A stretch of DNA of 64,000 nucleotides. It comes from Hydrurus foetidus. Lineage: Eukaryota. The notes beneath the pieces were generated by a model, which made no database searches, was not told the origin of the DNA, and saw only the letters and a program-made list of their open reading frames with translations. Both the position numbers and the translations under genes were made by a program. Shown here piece after piece: positions 11,094-20,175 of this stretch (positions within the stretch are counted from its first letter, which is position 1; each line of letters starts with the position of its first letter). The DNA is taken from NCBI GenBank assembly GCA_900617105.1, contig UYFQ01000005.1, forward strand, positions 248,001-312,000, in the 5' to 3' direction.

Positions 11094-11566
11094 GCGTCTC
11101 GCTGTGGCGCATCGCTACCGATACGCGGGATTACGAAGCGCACGATCTCAGCGGTAAAGGTGCAGAAAAATCTGGCGGACGCTGGAACCGTCCAGGGCGA
11201 CCCGTGGTGTACACCGCATCGACCATCGCGCTGGCTTGTCTGGAAACCGTCGTCCACCTCAATGCGCAGGGTTTGCCCCTCAACCGTTTCTTGGTACACA
11301 TTGACGTGCCCGACGAGGTGTGGGCGAGCCGCACAACGCTTGTCGCCACCCAACTGCCCGTGGGCTGGAGCGCTGTGCCAGAGGGCAAAGTGTCGCTGGA
11401 TGCAGGGGGGGATTGGCTGCAACAAAGCCCGTCCGCATTGCTGCTGGTGCCGTCCGTGATCGTGCCAGAAGAATGGAATGTGCTGATTAACCCGGCACAT
11501 CCACCAACCAAGTTGATAAGGGCGACGAAGCTACGGCCTTGGTTTTATGACGCGCGGCTGAATTGA
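11090..11566 (+). CDS. RES-domain toxin (NAD+ phosphorylase family)
   Basis: TTG start overlapping the antitoxin stop; LSGKGAEKSGGRWN, VYTASTIALACLE, VPSVIVPEEWNVLINPAHP. Confidence 0.88.
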   Translation: MSVSLWRIATDTRDYEAHDLSGKGAEKSGGRWNRPGRPVVYTASTIALACLETVVHLNAQGLPLNRFLVHIDVPDEVWASRTTLVATQLPVGWSAVPEGKVSLDAGGDWLQQSPSALLLVPSVIVPEEWNVLINPAHPPTKLIRATKLRPWFYDARLN

Positions 11567-11576
11567 GTGTGAAAAG

Positions 11577-11948
11577 TGATCTTGCCCTCGTTATCCGGAC
11601 TCCATAGTCACGAACTACGCGGACTTACTGCCTTGCTGCTGGGCCGCCATCCAGCGTTGTTCAAACTGCATTGGGCTGACATAGCCTAGCGTTGAGTGCC
11701 ATCTTTTGTGGTTGTAGAAGTTTAGCCAATTCATGATCTCGTCCATGGCCGCTCTTCTGGTGGCAAACTTTATGCTGTACAACCTGCCCACCTTCATATG
11801 CTGCCCCTGACCAAGCTAACTGCCTCCAGTTTGAATCCAGCGTGTATTTGCCTCTGGCTTGCCCATCGATTATCTTGCTCATTTCTAAATCTCCAATAGC
11901 TGAAAATTTCTTTCAGCTATGAAGTCAGAAAAACGGGGGGCAAGATCA
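11577..11948 (-). mobile_element. Internally deleted IS3-family element (372 bp, MITE-like remnant)
   Basis: TG...CA imperfect terminal IRs (TGATCTTGCCCTCGTTATCCGGACTCCATAG at 11577-11607 vs reverse complement of 11917-11948, TGATCTTGCCCCCCGTTTTTCTGACTTCATAG); frameshifted OrfA start (MSKIIDGQARGKYTL) joined to an OrfB C-terminus (FYNHKRWHSTLGYVSPMQFE). No target-site duplication seen. Confidence 0.85.
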
Positions 11949-12010
11949 CATCCACCCAACCCAGTTTCCCGCAGTACAGTGCGCTTCCTGCCAAAGTTTG
12001 GAGACAACCC

Positions 12011-13123
12011 GTGATAAAACTGAATCGTTTAGGAATATGGAGTCTAGGACTCGTTTGGGCAACTGTAGCGTCGGCGCAACTGTTAATTGGGCAAACGGCT
12101 GGCTTCAGTGGTGCCGTCAGCCTGGGTGTCACCGAAACCACTGATGGTGCCAAGCTGTACCTGGATGCGGTGAACAGCCAGGGAGGCATTGGCGGGCAAA
12201 AAATTGAATTGATCTCGCTGGACGACAAGTTTGACCCCAAACTGGCCGCCGAAAATACCCGCCTACTCATTGAAGAGCGCGGGGTTCTGGCCATGTTCCT
12301 TAACCGGGGCACGCCACACACCCAGGCCATCATGCCGTTACTGAACAAACAGGGCGTGGCCTTGATTGCACCCTCCTCGGGGGCCATGGTGTTGCACAAA
12401 CCCGTACAGAAATACATTTTCAATGTGCGAGCCACCTACCAGCGAGAAGCCGAAAAAGCAGTGGCCCACCTGAACACGCTGGGCATCACCCGCATTGGAG
12501 TGATTCATGTGGACGACAGCTTTGGGACAGATGCTCTGGCAGGGGCCACCAAAGGCTTCGCAGCTGCCAAAATCACACCGGTTGCCCTGGAAAAATTCGA
12601 CCGTGCTAAGCCTGACTTCACCATCTTGGTGCCCACCGTTGCACGCGCCAATCCTCAAGCAGTAATGGTATTCGGCTCAGGGTCTGCTGTTGTGGACGCC
12701 ATCAGTGCTTTGCGCGCTGTGGGCTCAAACGCCCAAGTGGTGACCTTGTCCAACAACGCATCTAGCGGCTTTATCAAATTGCTGGGAATTAACGCCAGAG
12801 GTGTGGTGATTACTCAAGTCTTCCCTAATGAACGTGCTGTCACCTTTCCGCTGGTGCGGGAAGCTCAAGCACTGGCACGTGCCAAAGGTATGCAAGAGAT
12901 CAGTCCCGCCATGCTGGAAGGCTTTGCTGCGGCCAAGGTGCTGGTTGAAGCACTGCGAAGAGCCGGCAACAAACCCAGCCGTGAACGCATCGTGAGCGCA
13001 CTGGAAAGTATGAAAAAATTCGACCTCGGTGGTCTGGAAATCAGCTATGACCCGACCGACCACACCGGGCTGGATTTTGCAGACCTGTCCATCGTGGGTG
13101 CAGATGGGCGGTTTCAGCGTTAA
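12011..13123 (+). CDS. ABC transporter substrate-binding protein (LivJ/periplasmic binding protein type 1), orphan
   Basis: Signal peptide; IGQTAGFSG, GGIGGQKIELISLDDKFDP, FNVRATYQREA. Confidence 0.85.
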   Translation: MIKLNRLGIWSLGLVWATVASAQLLIGQTAGFSGAVSLGVTETTDGAKLYLDAVNSQGGIGGQKIELISLDDKFDPKLAAENTRLLIEERGVLAMFLNRGTPHTQAIMPLLNKQGVALIAPSSGAMVLHKPVQKYIFNVRATYQREAEKAVAHLNTLGITRIGVIHVDDSFGTDALAGATKGFAAAKITPVALEKFDRAKPDFTILVPTVARANPQAVMVFGSGSAVVDAISALRAVGSNAQVVTLSNNASSGFIKLLGINARGVVITQVFPNERAVTFPLVREAQALARAKGMQEISPAMLEGFAAAKVLVEALRRAGNKPSRERIVSALESMKKFDLGGLEISYDPTDHTGLDFADLSIVGADGRFQR

Positions 13124-13172
13124 GTACCCAGCGCCGGGTCTTCAAGCGCTCAACCTTTAACCTTCAACCCAT

Positions 13173-13214
13173 AAAAAAACCATGCCCACCTCATCACGAG
13201 GCGGGCATGGCTTT
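13173..13214. terminator. Rho-independent terminator between convergent genes
   Basis: A7 run, then hairpin CCATGCCC-ACCTC-loop-GAGGC-GGGCATGG, then CTTT. Confidence 0.7.
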
Positions 13215-13235
13215 CGAGCTTCAGCGCTGACTGTT

Positions 13236-15368
13236 TTACGCCTGCTTGATCGCTTCAGCGCTCAGTGGCAGTTTGCGCACGCGTTTTCCCGTCAGCGTGG
13301 CAATGGCATTCGCCACCGCAGGCGCTACCAAAGCAGTAGCAGGCTCACCAATACCACCAGGCTTCTCGGTGCTCTTGACCAGCACGATATCGATCACCGG
13401 CGCTTCGTTCATGCGCACCACGGGGAAGTTGTGGTAATTCGTCTGCTGTACGCGGCCTTTCTCCAACGTGATTTCCTGCATCGTGGACGCGCCCAGGCCG
13501 AAGATGACGGCAGACTGGATTTGGGCTTCTACGGTGTCGGGGTTGATCATCTGGCCCAGATCAGCGGCGACGGTGACTTTATGCACCTTGACGGCACCGT
13601 TCACCATGCTGATTTCAGCCACTTGGGCCATGTAGGTGTCGTAGCCCTCCATCAGTGCAATGCCCCGTGCGCGGCCTGCGGGCAGCGCACTGCCCCAACC
13701 GGCTTTGTCGGCGGCCAGCTTGAGCACATTGGCAAAACGGGGTTTGTTGGCCAGCAAAGCCATGCGGTAAGCGTAGGGGTCTTTGCCCGCAGCAGCGGCC
13801 AGCTCGTCCATGAAGCTTTCATTGGCGAAGGCGTTCATGTTGTGGCTCACACCTCGCCAGTAGCCTACGCGCATCCCGGAGTCGTGGATCACCAGGTCAT
13901 GCTGGGTGTTGGCAATCTCGTAAGCCGCTACGGAGGCTTCAGCCATGAACGGGTCTAGCGTGTCTTTGGGCAGCCCAAAAGCACGCTGCGTGACCGATTG
14001 CGAAGTGACTTTATGGTGCAAAGCAATGGGGGTGCCCGCCGCGTCCAGCCCGGCCGCCAGTTGGTTGAAGCCCAACGGACGGTAGAAATCGTGCGTCATG
14101 TCGTCTTCACGGCTCCAAACCATCTTGACAGGCTTGCCCACCGCTTTGGAAATTTGAGCCGCTTGGGCGATAAAGTCCACTTCCAGGCGACGGCCAAAGC
14201 CGCCACCGAGGAAGGTGGTCTGCACGTCCACGTCTTCAGGTTTGATGCCCAACACCGCCGCCACCACGCCTTGTGCGCCCTGCTGGAACTGGGTGGAGCC
14301 GATCACCACACATTTACCGTCTTTGAAGCTGGCGGTGAAGTTGATAGGCTCCATCGCAGCGTGCGCCTGCATCGGGCTGATGTACTCGGCCTTGACGGTT
14401 TTGGCCGCACCTTTCATGGCTTCAGCCAGATTGCCTGTGGGTTTGGTGATGGGGATGACCTTGCCCGTGTCCGCTGCCGCACGGGTAGTGGCGAGCACCA
14501 CGTTCTGGTCGAGCTTGGCACCGGCACCTTCGTCCCACACCACGGTGAGGTTTTTGCGGGCTTTTTGAGCTTGCCAGTAGCTGGCGGCCACCACGGCCAC
14601 GCCATCGGGGATTTGCACCACGTCGATCACGCCGGGCATGCCTTTGACTTTGGAAGCGTCAAAGCTGACCACCTTGCCACCGATGACGGGGCATTGTTCT
14701 AGGCTCGCGTAGACCATGCCGGGCAGCTTCACGTCGATGCCGTACTGGGCTGTGCCGTTGACTTTGGCAGCGGTATCGAGGCGCTTGGTGCGCTTGCCAA
14801 TGAGGGTAAAGTCTTTCGGGTCTTTGAGCGCAACTTTTTCAGGCACTGGCAGTTTGGACGCAGCTTCGGCCAAGCTGCCGTAGCTGGCTTTTTGGCCGCT
14901 GGCACCGATGACCATGCCTTTGTCTGCACGCAGGGTGCTGCGGTCTACATTCCATTTATCAGCGGCAGCGGTAATCAGCATTTCACGCACTTGCGCACCG
15001 GCAGTACGCAGCTTTTCCCAGCCATCGCGCACGGAGGTGGAGCCACCGGTGATTTGCGCCCCCAGCAGCGCGTTGGTGTAGACGGCTTTGGGCGGTGCGT
15101 TCACCACTTTGACTTGGCTCAGAGCGACGTTCAGCTCTTCAGCGATCAGCATGGGCATGGATGTGAACACGCCCTGCCCCATTTCGGAACGCGCCGAGAT
15201 CAAGGTGATGGTGTTGTCATCCGCAATGTGAACCCAGGCATTGGGCGTGTAAAGCGTGCCAGCAGCTTGAATGCCTGCGGGAATGGCGACACCGAGCAGC
15301 AGGCCACTGGCAGCAGCCGAGGTCTTGAGGAAATTACGGCGAGAGGTTGAGGTGTTGAAGGTGGTCAT
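13236..15368 (-). CDS. Xanthine dehydrogenase-family molybdopterin subunit (isoquinoline 1-oxidoreductase beta/IorB-like), Tat-exported
   Basis: SRRNFLK twin-arginine signal; RSEMGQG, TGGSTS, HAAMEP, LGGGFGRR, GGIGEP motifs. Confidence 0.88.
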   Translation of the reverse strand: MTTFNTSTSRRNFLKTSAAASGLLLGVAIPAGIQAAGTLYTPNAWVHIADDNTITLISARSEMGQGVFTSMPMLIAEELNVALSQVKVVNAPPKAVYTNALLGAQITGGSTSVRDGWEKLRTAGAQVREMLITAAADKWNVDRSTLRADKGMVIGASGQKASYGSLAEAASKLPVPEKVALKDPKDFTLIGKRTKRLDTAAKVNGTAQYGIDVKLPGMVYASLEQCPVIGGKVVSFDASKVKGMPGVIDVVQIPDGVAVVAASYWQAQKARKNLTVVWDEGAGAKLDQNVVLATTRAAADTGKVIPITKPTGNLAEAMKGAAKTVKAEYISPMQAHAAMEPINFTASFKDGKCVVIGSTQFQQGAQGVVAAVLGIKPEDVDVQTTFLGGGFGRRLEVDFIAQAAQISKAVGKPVKMVWSREDDMTHDFYRPLGFNQLAAGLDAAGTPIALHHKVTSQSVTQRAFGLPKDTLDPFMAEASVAAYEIANTQHDLVIHDSGMRVGYWRGVSHNMNAFANESFMDELAAAAGKDPYAYRMALLANKPRFANVLKLAADKAGWGSALPAGRARGIALMEGYDTYMAQVAEISMVNGAVKVHKVTVAADLGQMINPDTVEAQIQSAVIFGLGASTMQEITLEKGRVQQTNYHNFPVVRMNEAPVIDIVLVKSTEKPGGIGEPATALVAPAVANAIATLTGKRVRKLPLSAEAIKQA
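13324..13340. repeat. Core of dispersed element inside the IorB-like gene
   Basis: GCTACCAAAGCAGTAGC; encodes ATALVA directly after the conserved GGIGEP. Confidence 0.6.
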
Positions 15369-15379
15369 GAAGGTTCTCC

Positions 15380-15844
15380 TCAAGCTGCACGCATGGTGGA
15401 AGCCGCGTCTTTGATCGCGGCCTTGATGCGGGGGTAGGTGCCGCAGCGGCAGATGTTGCCGCTCATCGCCGCGTCAATGTCAGCGTCTGAGGGGTTTTTG
15501 TTGGTTTGCAGCAAGGCGGCAGCGCTCATCAACTGGCCCGACTGGCAGTAGCCGCACTGGGGCACATCGTGCTTGATCCACGCCACTTGCAAGGGGTGGG
15601 TGTTGTTGCGCGACAAGCTTTCGATGGTGGCAACTTTTTGACCCGCCACAGCGGACAAAGGGGTCTGGCAAGAACGCACGGGTTTACCGTTGACGTGAAC
15701 GGTGCAGGCACCGCACAAAGCGAGGCCACAACCGAATTTGGTGCCGGTCATGTTCAGCTCGTCCCGTATCACCCACAGCAGTGGGGTATCGGGTTCCGCA
15801 TTGGCGGTGACGGCTTTGCCGTTGACTTGAAATTTGACGCTCAT
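15380..15844 (-). CDS. (2Fe-2S)-binding subunit (IorA-like)
   Basis: [33 protein letters not shown]. Confidence 0.92.
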   Translation of the reverse strand: MSVKFQVNGKAVTANAEPDTPLLWVIRDELNMTGTKFGCGLALCGACTVHVNGKPVRSCQTPLSAVAGQKVATIESLSRNNTHPLQVAWIKHDVPQCGYCQSGQLMSAAALLQTNKNPSDADIDAAMSGNICRCGTYPRIKAAIKDAASTMRAA

Positions 15845-16024
15845 CGTGGGTGCTCCTGGTTTTGAACGGGGCGTGAATGCCCCATCTTGCGGACTTGGTT
15901 CGTTGAATAGCCCGCGTAGCCTAAGTCAGGCGACAAGAGGAGCGCTGCGGGTTACCCCCAAGGGGTGCGAATACTCGCAATTTGAAACACTCTTGGGTTG
16001 CGCATGGCACGCAACGGGCAGACA

Positions 16025-16522
16025 TCAGTCCGCCAAGGCGGCATCCAGCGGGCGGCATTTTTCAGCACCCAAGGCTTCCCGTATTTTGGGCATCAAGGCC
16101 AGAAGCGCCTCGTACCCATCAGCGGCTTCGACTGCCATGTGCAGGCGAAAACCGCGCAAACCCAAAGTGGCGGTGAGTTGGGCTGCAAGGGGGTAGGCGC
16201 GCTGGTAGCGTTGCTGAGCGGTGTTGCGCACAGTGGTCACATCCCGCGCTGCCAGAGAGCTGCTGCTGGGCAATGCTGGCTGCATGACCGTTGATGAAGT
16301 TTGTGCCGCAGTTTGCACGGCAACCACATAGCCATGATGTACCAGGGTGGCGATATCGACGGACTGCACACCCAAGCCTGCTGTGGCGCTCAGCACACCG
16401 GCTTGTGAGCGAATACCATCAAACAAGATGAAGGCGGCACGTTGGCGCTGCGTCAAGGCTAGCGCGCGGTCTTTGAATGCGTTGCGTCCGAGATCGGTTT
16501 TGAGGTAAATCGTGTTTGGCAT
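16025..16522 (-). CDS. Conserved hypothetical protein
   Basis: Clean ORF (KTDLGRNAFKDR...LTQRQRAAFILFDG...LGLRGFRLHMAVEAA) with native codon usage. Confidence 0.65.
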   Translation of the reverse strand: MPNTIYLKTDLGRNAFKDRALALTQRQRAAFILFDGIRSQAGVLSATAGLGVQSVDIATLVHHGYVVAVQTAAQTSSTVMQPALPSSSSLAARDVTTVRNTAQQRYQRAYPLAAQLTATLGLRGFRLHMAVEAADGYEALLALMPKIREALGAEKCRPLDAALAD

Positions 16523-16603
16523 GTGGCGAAAAATATAACGCCAACCTAGCTTACGCGCTATCCAGACAACCGCTAATACAGCATCGAGGAGAACGCGGCA
16601 GAG

Positions 16604-16780
16604 TTACTTGGCGGGGCTGCTGGCGGCAGGGACGGCTGCAGGGGCAGTTGCCGGAGCCGCAGTCTCATGCGAGGTTTCAACACCATGCTTTTCGCCACTC
16701 ATGTCAATGTCGCCACCGCGCATCAGCACAAACAGGGCGATACCTGCGAAAACGATAAATCCCACAACGATTTTCCACAT
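16604..16780 (-). CDS. Small membrane-anchored hypothetical protein (58 aa)
   Basis: MWKIVVGFIVFAGIALFVLMRGGDIDMSGEKHG, preceded by a GAGGAG RBS; one TM helix and an Ala/Pro-rich tail. Confidence 0.65.
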   Translation of the reverse strand: MWKIVVGFIVFAGIALFVLMRGGDIDMSGEKHGVETSHETAAPATAPAAVPAASSPAK

Positions 16781-16822
16781 AGCTTTCTCCTCAGTACAAA
16801 ATTTTAAAAATTTTAGGTTTCG

Positions 16823-16859
16823 AAAAAAAGCCCTCGCCAGAACGTATCGGCAAGGGCTT
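16823..16859 (-). terminator. Rho-independent terminator after the MFS gene
   Basis: AAGCCCTCGCC...GGCAAGGGCTT stem with an A7 run (T7 on the minus strand). Confidence 0.6.
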
Positions 16860-16885
16860 GGGCATCTCAAAAAAATGCAAAGAAC

Positions 16886-18565
16886 TTAGTCGTTGGCAAA
16901 AATATCCACGTCTTTGGTTTCTTTGATGAAGAGCATACCGATCACGAAGGTGGCAGCAGCCACGATCACGGGGTACCACAGGCCATAGAAGATGTCGCCA
17001 GTGGCAGCCACCATCGCGAAGGCAGTGGTGGGCAGCAAGCCGCCGAACCAACCGTTACCAATGTGGTACGGCAAGCTCATCGAGGTGTAGCGGATGCGGG
17101 TGGGGAACATCTCGACCAGCATCGCTGCAATCGGGCCGTAAACCATCGTCACCAAAATCACCAGGAACACCAGCAAGGCCAGCACCATCGGGGTGTTCAT
17201 GCCTGCGGGGTCAGCCTTGGCGGTCAAACCACCGGCTTTGGCGGTCTCGGCCACCGTCTTCTTGAATTCAGCAATCGCTTTGGCGCTTTCGGGTGAGAAA
17301 GCATCGCGCTTGTCGTTCAACGTTGCGGTCAGCGAAGGGATGTCCTTTTCGCCCATTTTGATGCTGGCCATGGTGCCGGCAGGTGCCGCCACATTTTTGT
17401 AAGGCACAGCGTTTTCGGTCAACGTGCGCTTGGCAATGTCGCAAGAGCTGGTGAAGTCAATCGGGCGGGCAATGGGGCTGCCTTGGAAGGAGCATTGTGC
17501 AGGGTCAGCGGTGACTGTCACTGGCACGGTTTGCTGCGCTTTCACCAAGGCAGGGTTGGCGTAACCCAACAGCGCAGGGAACACGCTGAAATACGTCAAA
17601 GCCGCGATCAAACAACCGCCCATGATGATGGGTTTGCGGCCAATTTTGTCCGACAACGCACCAAAAAAGATGAAGAAAGGCGTACCAATCACCAACGAAG
17701 CAGCGATCAACAAGTTAGCCGTTTTCGCATCCACCTTGGCAATCGAGGTCAAGAAGAACAGCGCGTAGAACTGGCCGCTGTACCACACCACAGCTTGACC
17801 AGCGGTCAAACCGACGAGGGCCAAAATCACGACTTTCAGATTCTTCCATTGGCCAAAAGATTCGGTCAACGGGGCCTTGGATGTCTTGCCTTCAGCCTTC
17901 ATTTTTTGGAACGCTGGGGACTCGTTCATGCTCAAGCGGATGTACACAGACACCGCCAACAGCAAGATAGACACCAAGAACGGAATGCGCCAGCCCCAGA
18001 CATCAAAGTCTGCGCCTGTCACTTCACGGGTGACCAAAATCACGATCAGCGACAAGAACAAACCCAGCGTGGCTGTGGTTTGAATCCAAGCTGTGTACGC
18101 GCCACGCTTGCCTTGTGGCGCGTGCTCGGCCACGTAGGTAGCGGCACCACCGTACTCACCACCCAGCGCCAAACCTTGCAACATGCGCAAGGCGACTAGG
18201 ATGATGGGGGCAGCGATACCGATGTCTTTGTAGCTGGGCAACAAACCCACCACAAAGGTGGCTGAGCCCATGATGAGAATCGTCACCAAGAACGTGTATT
18301 TGCGCCCAATCATGTCGCCCAAACGGCCGAACACCAGTGCGCCAAAGGGGCGTACCAAGAAGCCCGCTGCAAACGCTAAGAGCGCAAAAATGTACGCTGA
18401 TGTGGGGTCAAGTCCGCCAAAGAACTGCTTGGCGATGACGGCGGCGAGCGAACCGTACAGGTAGAAGTCATACCACTCGAAAACGGTGCCAAGCGATGAG
18501 GCGAAGATGACCTTCTTTTCCTCAGCACTCATGGGCCGGGGTGCTGCTGAGATTGCAGTTGCCAT
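16886..18565 (-). CDS. MFS transporter, metabolite:H+ symporter family
   Basis: SSLGTVFEWYDFYLYG, GRLGDMIGRK, RMLQGLALGGEYGGA, EMFPTRIRYT. Confidence 0.92.
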   Translation of the reverse strand: MATAISAAPRPMSAEEKKVIFASSLGTVFEWYDFYLYGSLAAVIAKQFFGGLDPTSAYIFALLAFAAGFLVRPFGALVFGRLGDMIGRKYTFLVTILIMGSATFVVGLLPSYKDIGIAAPIILVALRMLQGLALGGEYGGAATYVAEHAPQGKRGAYTAWIQTTATLGLFLSLIVILVTREVTGADFDVWGWRIPFLVSILLLAVSVYIRLSMNESPAFQKMKAEGKTSKAPLTESFGQWKNLKVVILALVGLTAGQAVVWYSGQFYALFFLTSIAKVDAKTANLLIAASLVIGTPFFIFFGALSDKIGRKPIIMGGCLIAALTYFSVFPALLGYANPALVKAQQTVPVTVTADPAQCSFQGSPIARPIDFTSSCDIAKRTLTENAVPYKNVAAPAGTMASIKMGEKDIPSLTATLNDKRDAFSPESAKAIAEFKKTVAETAKAGGLTAKADPAGMNTPMVLALLVFLVILVTMVYGPIAAMLVEMFPTRIRYTSMSLPYHIGNGWFGGLLPTTAFAMVAATGDIFYGLWYPVIVAAATFVIGMLFIKETKDVDIFAND

Positions 18566-18711
18566 GTTTTGTCTCCAAAAATGTGAATACACAGCTCTCG
18601 GTGTGAAAGCCTGACCGCATTGTTGAAGCCTGCACTGACCCTGCTCTGACGCGAAACCAACAGCGACTTACAAACTACGTAATTACCCGTAGCTTGCATT
18701 TCACTTTGTGA

Positions 18712-19359
18712 CTAATTGATCACTTTTCGCACGGCACCTGTGAATACTTGGGACGCACGATGCCACGCTGGCCCAGAGAACCACGCATCGCCTTGGCAGT
18801 ACGCACGCAGCATGGGCAGTGAATCGAGTCCCCAAAACACTTTGTCATCGACGGCAAAGGCGGGCACGCCAAACAACCCCAAGACCAGAGCGGCCTCGGT
18901 GTGGGCTTTCAACTGCGCTTTGACGGCCTCGCCTGCCGGATCACGCTGAGGGCTGAATTGCGCCGTCAACGCCGCCAGCCGTACAGGGTCAACCGCATCA
19001 GCACCACCGCGCCAGACATGGCGAAACACCGTTTCCGCCACGTAGCGGTTGACTTGACCATCGGCGCGGCAAGCCAACGCCAGGCGCAGCAAGGGAAGCG
19101 GGTTGAACGGGTGGGCCGCAGGTAAATCCAGCGGAATGCCCTGTGCATGCGCCAGCCACTGCACTTGGCGGTAAGTCCAGTCGCGCTTGGGGGCGATTTC
19201 CGCCGGGCCCAACTGGCCATGGTGCTTGAGGAAACTCGCAAACAGCACGGGCTGATAAGCCATGCTGTAGCTCAAGCCCTCCAGCGCCGCAGGCAACTTC
19301 TCAAAAGCGAGATAGGCGTAAGGGGAGATGAAGTCGAGGTAGAAGGTGATGTGTTTCAT
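18712..19359 (-). CDS. 2-hydroxychromene-2-carboxylate isomerase / kappa-GST (DsbA-like)
   Basis: FYLDFISPYAYLA, HPFNPLPLLR, GLFGVPAF...FWGLD. Confidence 0.85.
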   Translation of the reverse strand: MKHITFYLDFISPYAYLAFEKLPAALEGLSYSMAYQPVLFASFLKHHGQLGPAEIAPKRDWTYRQVQWLAHAQGIPLDLPAAHPFNPLPLLRLALACRADGQVNRYVAETVFRHVWRGGADAVDPVRLAALTAQFSPQRDPAGEAVKAQLKAHTEAALVLGLFGVPAFAVDDKVFWGLDSLPMLRAYCQGDAWFSGPAWHRASQVFTGAVRKVIN

Positions 19360-19379
19360 AGTGCCTTTAAAAACCATTC

Positions 19380-19622
19380 TCAGACCAATGCCCCTGCACG
19401 CTTGACGACTTCCCTCCACACACCGCGCTTGCCCGCATCGTCCAGCGAACTCCATGCGCGGAGTTCGTCCAAAGTGCGCCAGCAACCGGTACACAGGCTG
19501 CGGTCTTCATTCATTTTGCACACCGAGATACAAGGTGATAAGACAGGTTCACCACTCACGGCGGTAGCGCTTGCCTGTAGTGCACGAACAGCTATGGAAG
19601 CGATAGCAGTCATCGCCGTCAT
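19380..19622 (-). CDS. DUF1289 family small Cys-rich protein
   Basis: SPCISVCKM...CTGCWRTLDELRAW. Confidence 0.8.
   Translation of the reverse strand: MTAMTAIASIAVRALQASATAVSGEPVLSPCISVCKMNEDRSLCTGCWRTLDELRAWSSLDDAGKRGVWREVVKRAGALV
19555..19607 (-). repeat. Copy of dispersed element forming the DUF1289 N-terminus
   Basis: Minus strand GCTATCGCTTCCATAGC-TGTTCG-TGC-ACTACAGGCA-AGCGCT-ACC-GCC; encodes AIASIAVRALQASATAV. Confidence 0.75.
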
Positions 19623-20122
19623 AGCACCTCCACCACATCCGCCACGGGCGCACCCGTCAAGCGAGCCAGATCGCTGGGGACGAGTTTGAAGACTGCATGG
19701 GGGTGACCCGCCGCCGCCCAAATTTCAGGAAAGCGGAACAGGTCACGGTCGATCAAGGTCACAGGTGGATTCAGATGGCCTACGGGGGAGACACCACCGA
19801 TCGAAAAACCGGTTTGGGCTTTGACGAAATCGGCATCAGCGCGGCCCAGCTTGCCACCGTCGGCGCAGACCAGCGCTTGTACCTTCTTTTCATCCACACG
19901 CCTATCCCCCGAGGTGATCACCAGCACGGCAATGTCGTCATTTTTTCGACGAAAAATAATGCACTTTGCGATTTGGCCCAAGACAATACCCAGCGCATCA
20001 GCTGCTTGCTGTGCGGTGCGGGCAGCGGCATCTAGCATCACGGGCTTATGGGCGTGGCCTTGAGATTCAAGCAAAGCAACCATACGCTGGACGCTTTCGG
20101 GAAATTCAGTTTCACGACGCAT
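19619..20122 (-). CDS. YbaK/EbsC-family aminoacyl-tRNA deacylase-like protein
   Basis: ARTAQQAADALG...QIAKCIIF, TGFSIGGVSPVGH, WAAAGHPHAVF. Confidence 0.85.
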   Translation of the reverse strand: MRRETEFPESVQRMVALLESQGHAHKPVMLDAAARTAQQAADALGIVLGQIAKCIIFRRKNDDIAVLVITSGDRRVDEKKVQALVCADGGKLGRADADFVKAQTGFSIGGVSPVGHLNPPVTLIDRDLFRFPEIWAAAGHPHAVFKLVPSDLARLTGAPVADVVEVL

Positions 20123-20175
20123 TGTGCAAAGGTAATGTAGAGGTGAAATAAGGGTGAGGAAATGCCATGGCATGG

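Noticed and set aside
16530..16590. Partial matches to the dispersed element (also near 27938, 41006, 44023, 54189)
   Set aside because: The cores have two or more mismatches or lack one half-site; they are not counted without a PWM score.
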